Shown piece after piece: positions 63,362 through 64,000 of a stretch of 64,000 nucleotides of DNA. Each line of letters begins with the position of its first letter. Position 1 is the stretch's first letter. A model generated the notes under the pieces. That model did not search any database. It was given only the letters and a program-made list of their open reading frames with translations, and was not told where the DNA came from. The stretch is taken from the sequence record KY499642.1; one strand, given 5' to 3'. The position numbers were made by a program, and so were the translations under genes.

Positions 63362-63886
63362 ATGAGTAAAGGTTTCACTAAGAAGCAAGTAGAACAAGCA
63401 AAGAAAACAGCACTAAACAACATCATCTTTTATGGTTCATCTGCGGTACGTGGCGTTACCTTTGAAGGGTTTGATACAATGGAACGCTTACTTCGACCTA
63501 AGAAGTACGAGCAAGCCGTAGAAGAACTTAAACACGAGTTACGTACTGAGAATCGTCCTTACATGTTTTGGGTGGCTGTGTTCCGTGAAGTTGAAGATGG
63601 TATTGAAATCGATACTTACCAAATCATCCACAAAGAACTTACGGTACCTGAGATCGACCTGTGGCTAAACGACTACATCACTCAGTGTATTCATGAGAAG
63701 AATCCTGAATCGTGTCAGGGTTATGGTTGGGTAGGTACGCCGTGTATGTATTTCGACTTCGATGCCGAAGAAGAAAAGCTGATTAAGCTGTTCGAACAAC
63801 AAGGCGTTTATGACCAAGAGAAGCGCCAACGTATCATTCATCAGTATACTGCGGAACAAATCGCTAAAATGAAAGGAAACATGTAA
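63362..63886 (+). CDS. Hypothetical protein, paralogue of 54313
   Basis: FWVAVF, GYGWVGTPCMYFDF, QYTAEQ; start after GGGAG. Confidence 0.75.
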   Translation: MSKGFTKKQVEQAKKTALNNIIFYGSSAVRGVTFEGFDTMERLLRPKKYEQAVEELKHELRTENRPYMFWVAVFREVEDGIEIDTYQIIHKELTVPEIDLWLNDYITQCIHEKNPESCQGYGWVGTPCMYFDFDAEEEKLIKLFEQQGVYDQEKRQRIIHQYTAEQIAKMKGNM

Positions 63887-64000
63887 TGGAATTTACAGTT
63901 TGTCTAGGTGTCCTGCATGAGCCAAGCCAATTTGGTAATGCAATGACTGAAGAACATGTGGTAGCAATGCAGAAGAAGATTGCAACGCATGGTGGCATTT
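63886..64000 (+). CDS. Partial ORF truncated by window end
   Basis: TAATG coupling; MEFTVCLGVLHEPSQFGNAM... open to the end. Confidence 0.6.
   Translation, partial: MEFTVCLGVLHEPSQFGNAMTEEHVVAMQKKIATHGGI

Noticed and set aside
1-64000. CRISPR array, tRNA genes, integrase/transposase, homing endonuclease
   Set aside because: No regularly spaced repeats, cloverleaf with T-loop/CCA, or catalytic motifs recognised; the repeated items are terminators and promoters
63886-64000. Resemblance to prohead-protease (U9) paralogue N-termini
   Set aside because: Only 38 codons visible; catalytic motif lies outside the window

Overview
64 kb from a phiKZ-related jumbo myophage (Chimalliviridae-like). A Vibrio-type host is plausible from base composition and gene style but is not demonstrated. 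The left third is the conserved core block: virion structural genes, DnaB helicase (- strand), 755-aa major capsid protein, a non-virion RNA polymerase beta-like subunit, portal (- strand), more structural genes, a RuvC-like resolvase and a holin-like protein. The rest is mostly accessory, all on the + strand, and cut into units by a recurring AGATATATATCAT-N3-AGTG promoter-like motif and about 21 hairpin terminators, many with UUCG loops. Recognisable accessory genes are a wHTH regulator, an ImmA/IrrE-like peptidase, a GNAT, a DprA/SLOG protein coupled to a QueC-like ATPase, thyA, a stand-alone NAD-ligase Ia domain, a SpoT/Mesh1-like HD hydrolase, NudF, folA and an HslV-like Ntn protease. Most notable observations: (1) an operon pairing the HslV-like protease with an apparently catalytically dead paralogue of the phage's own DnaB, a DnaB C-terminal fragment and a degenerate small P-loop protein; (2) a cassette of structured non-coding RNA flanking one small ORF at 44.0-44.6 kb; (3) an unknown domain present both alone and fused to NudF; (4) an eight-member modular family of virion fibre-type proteins. 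No tRNA, CRISPR array, integrase, intein or reverse transcriptase was recognised. All family assignments come from motif recognition by eye, not database searches.
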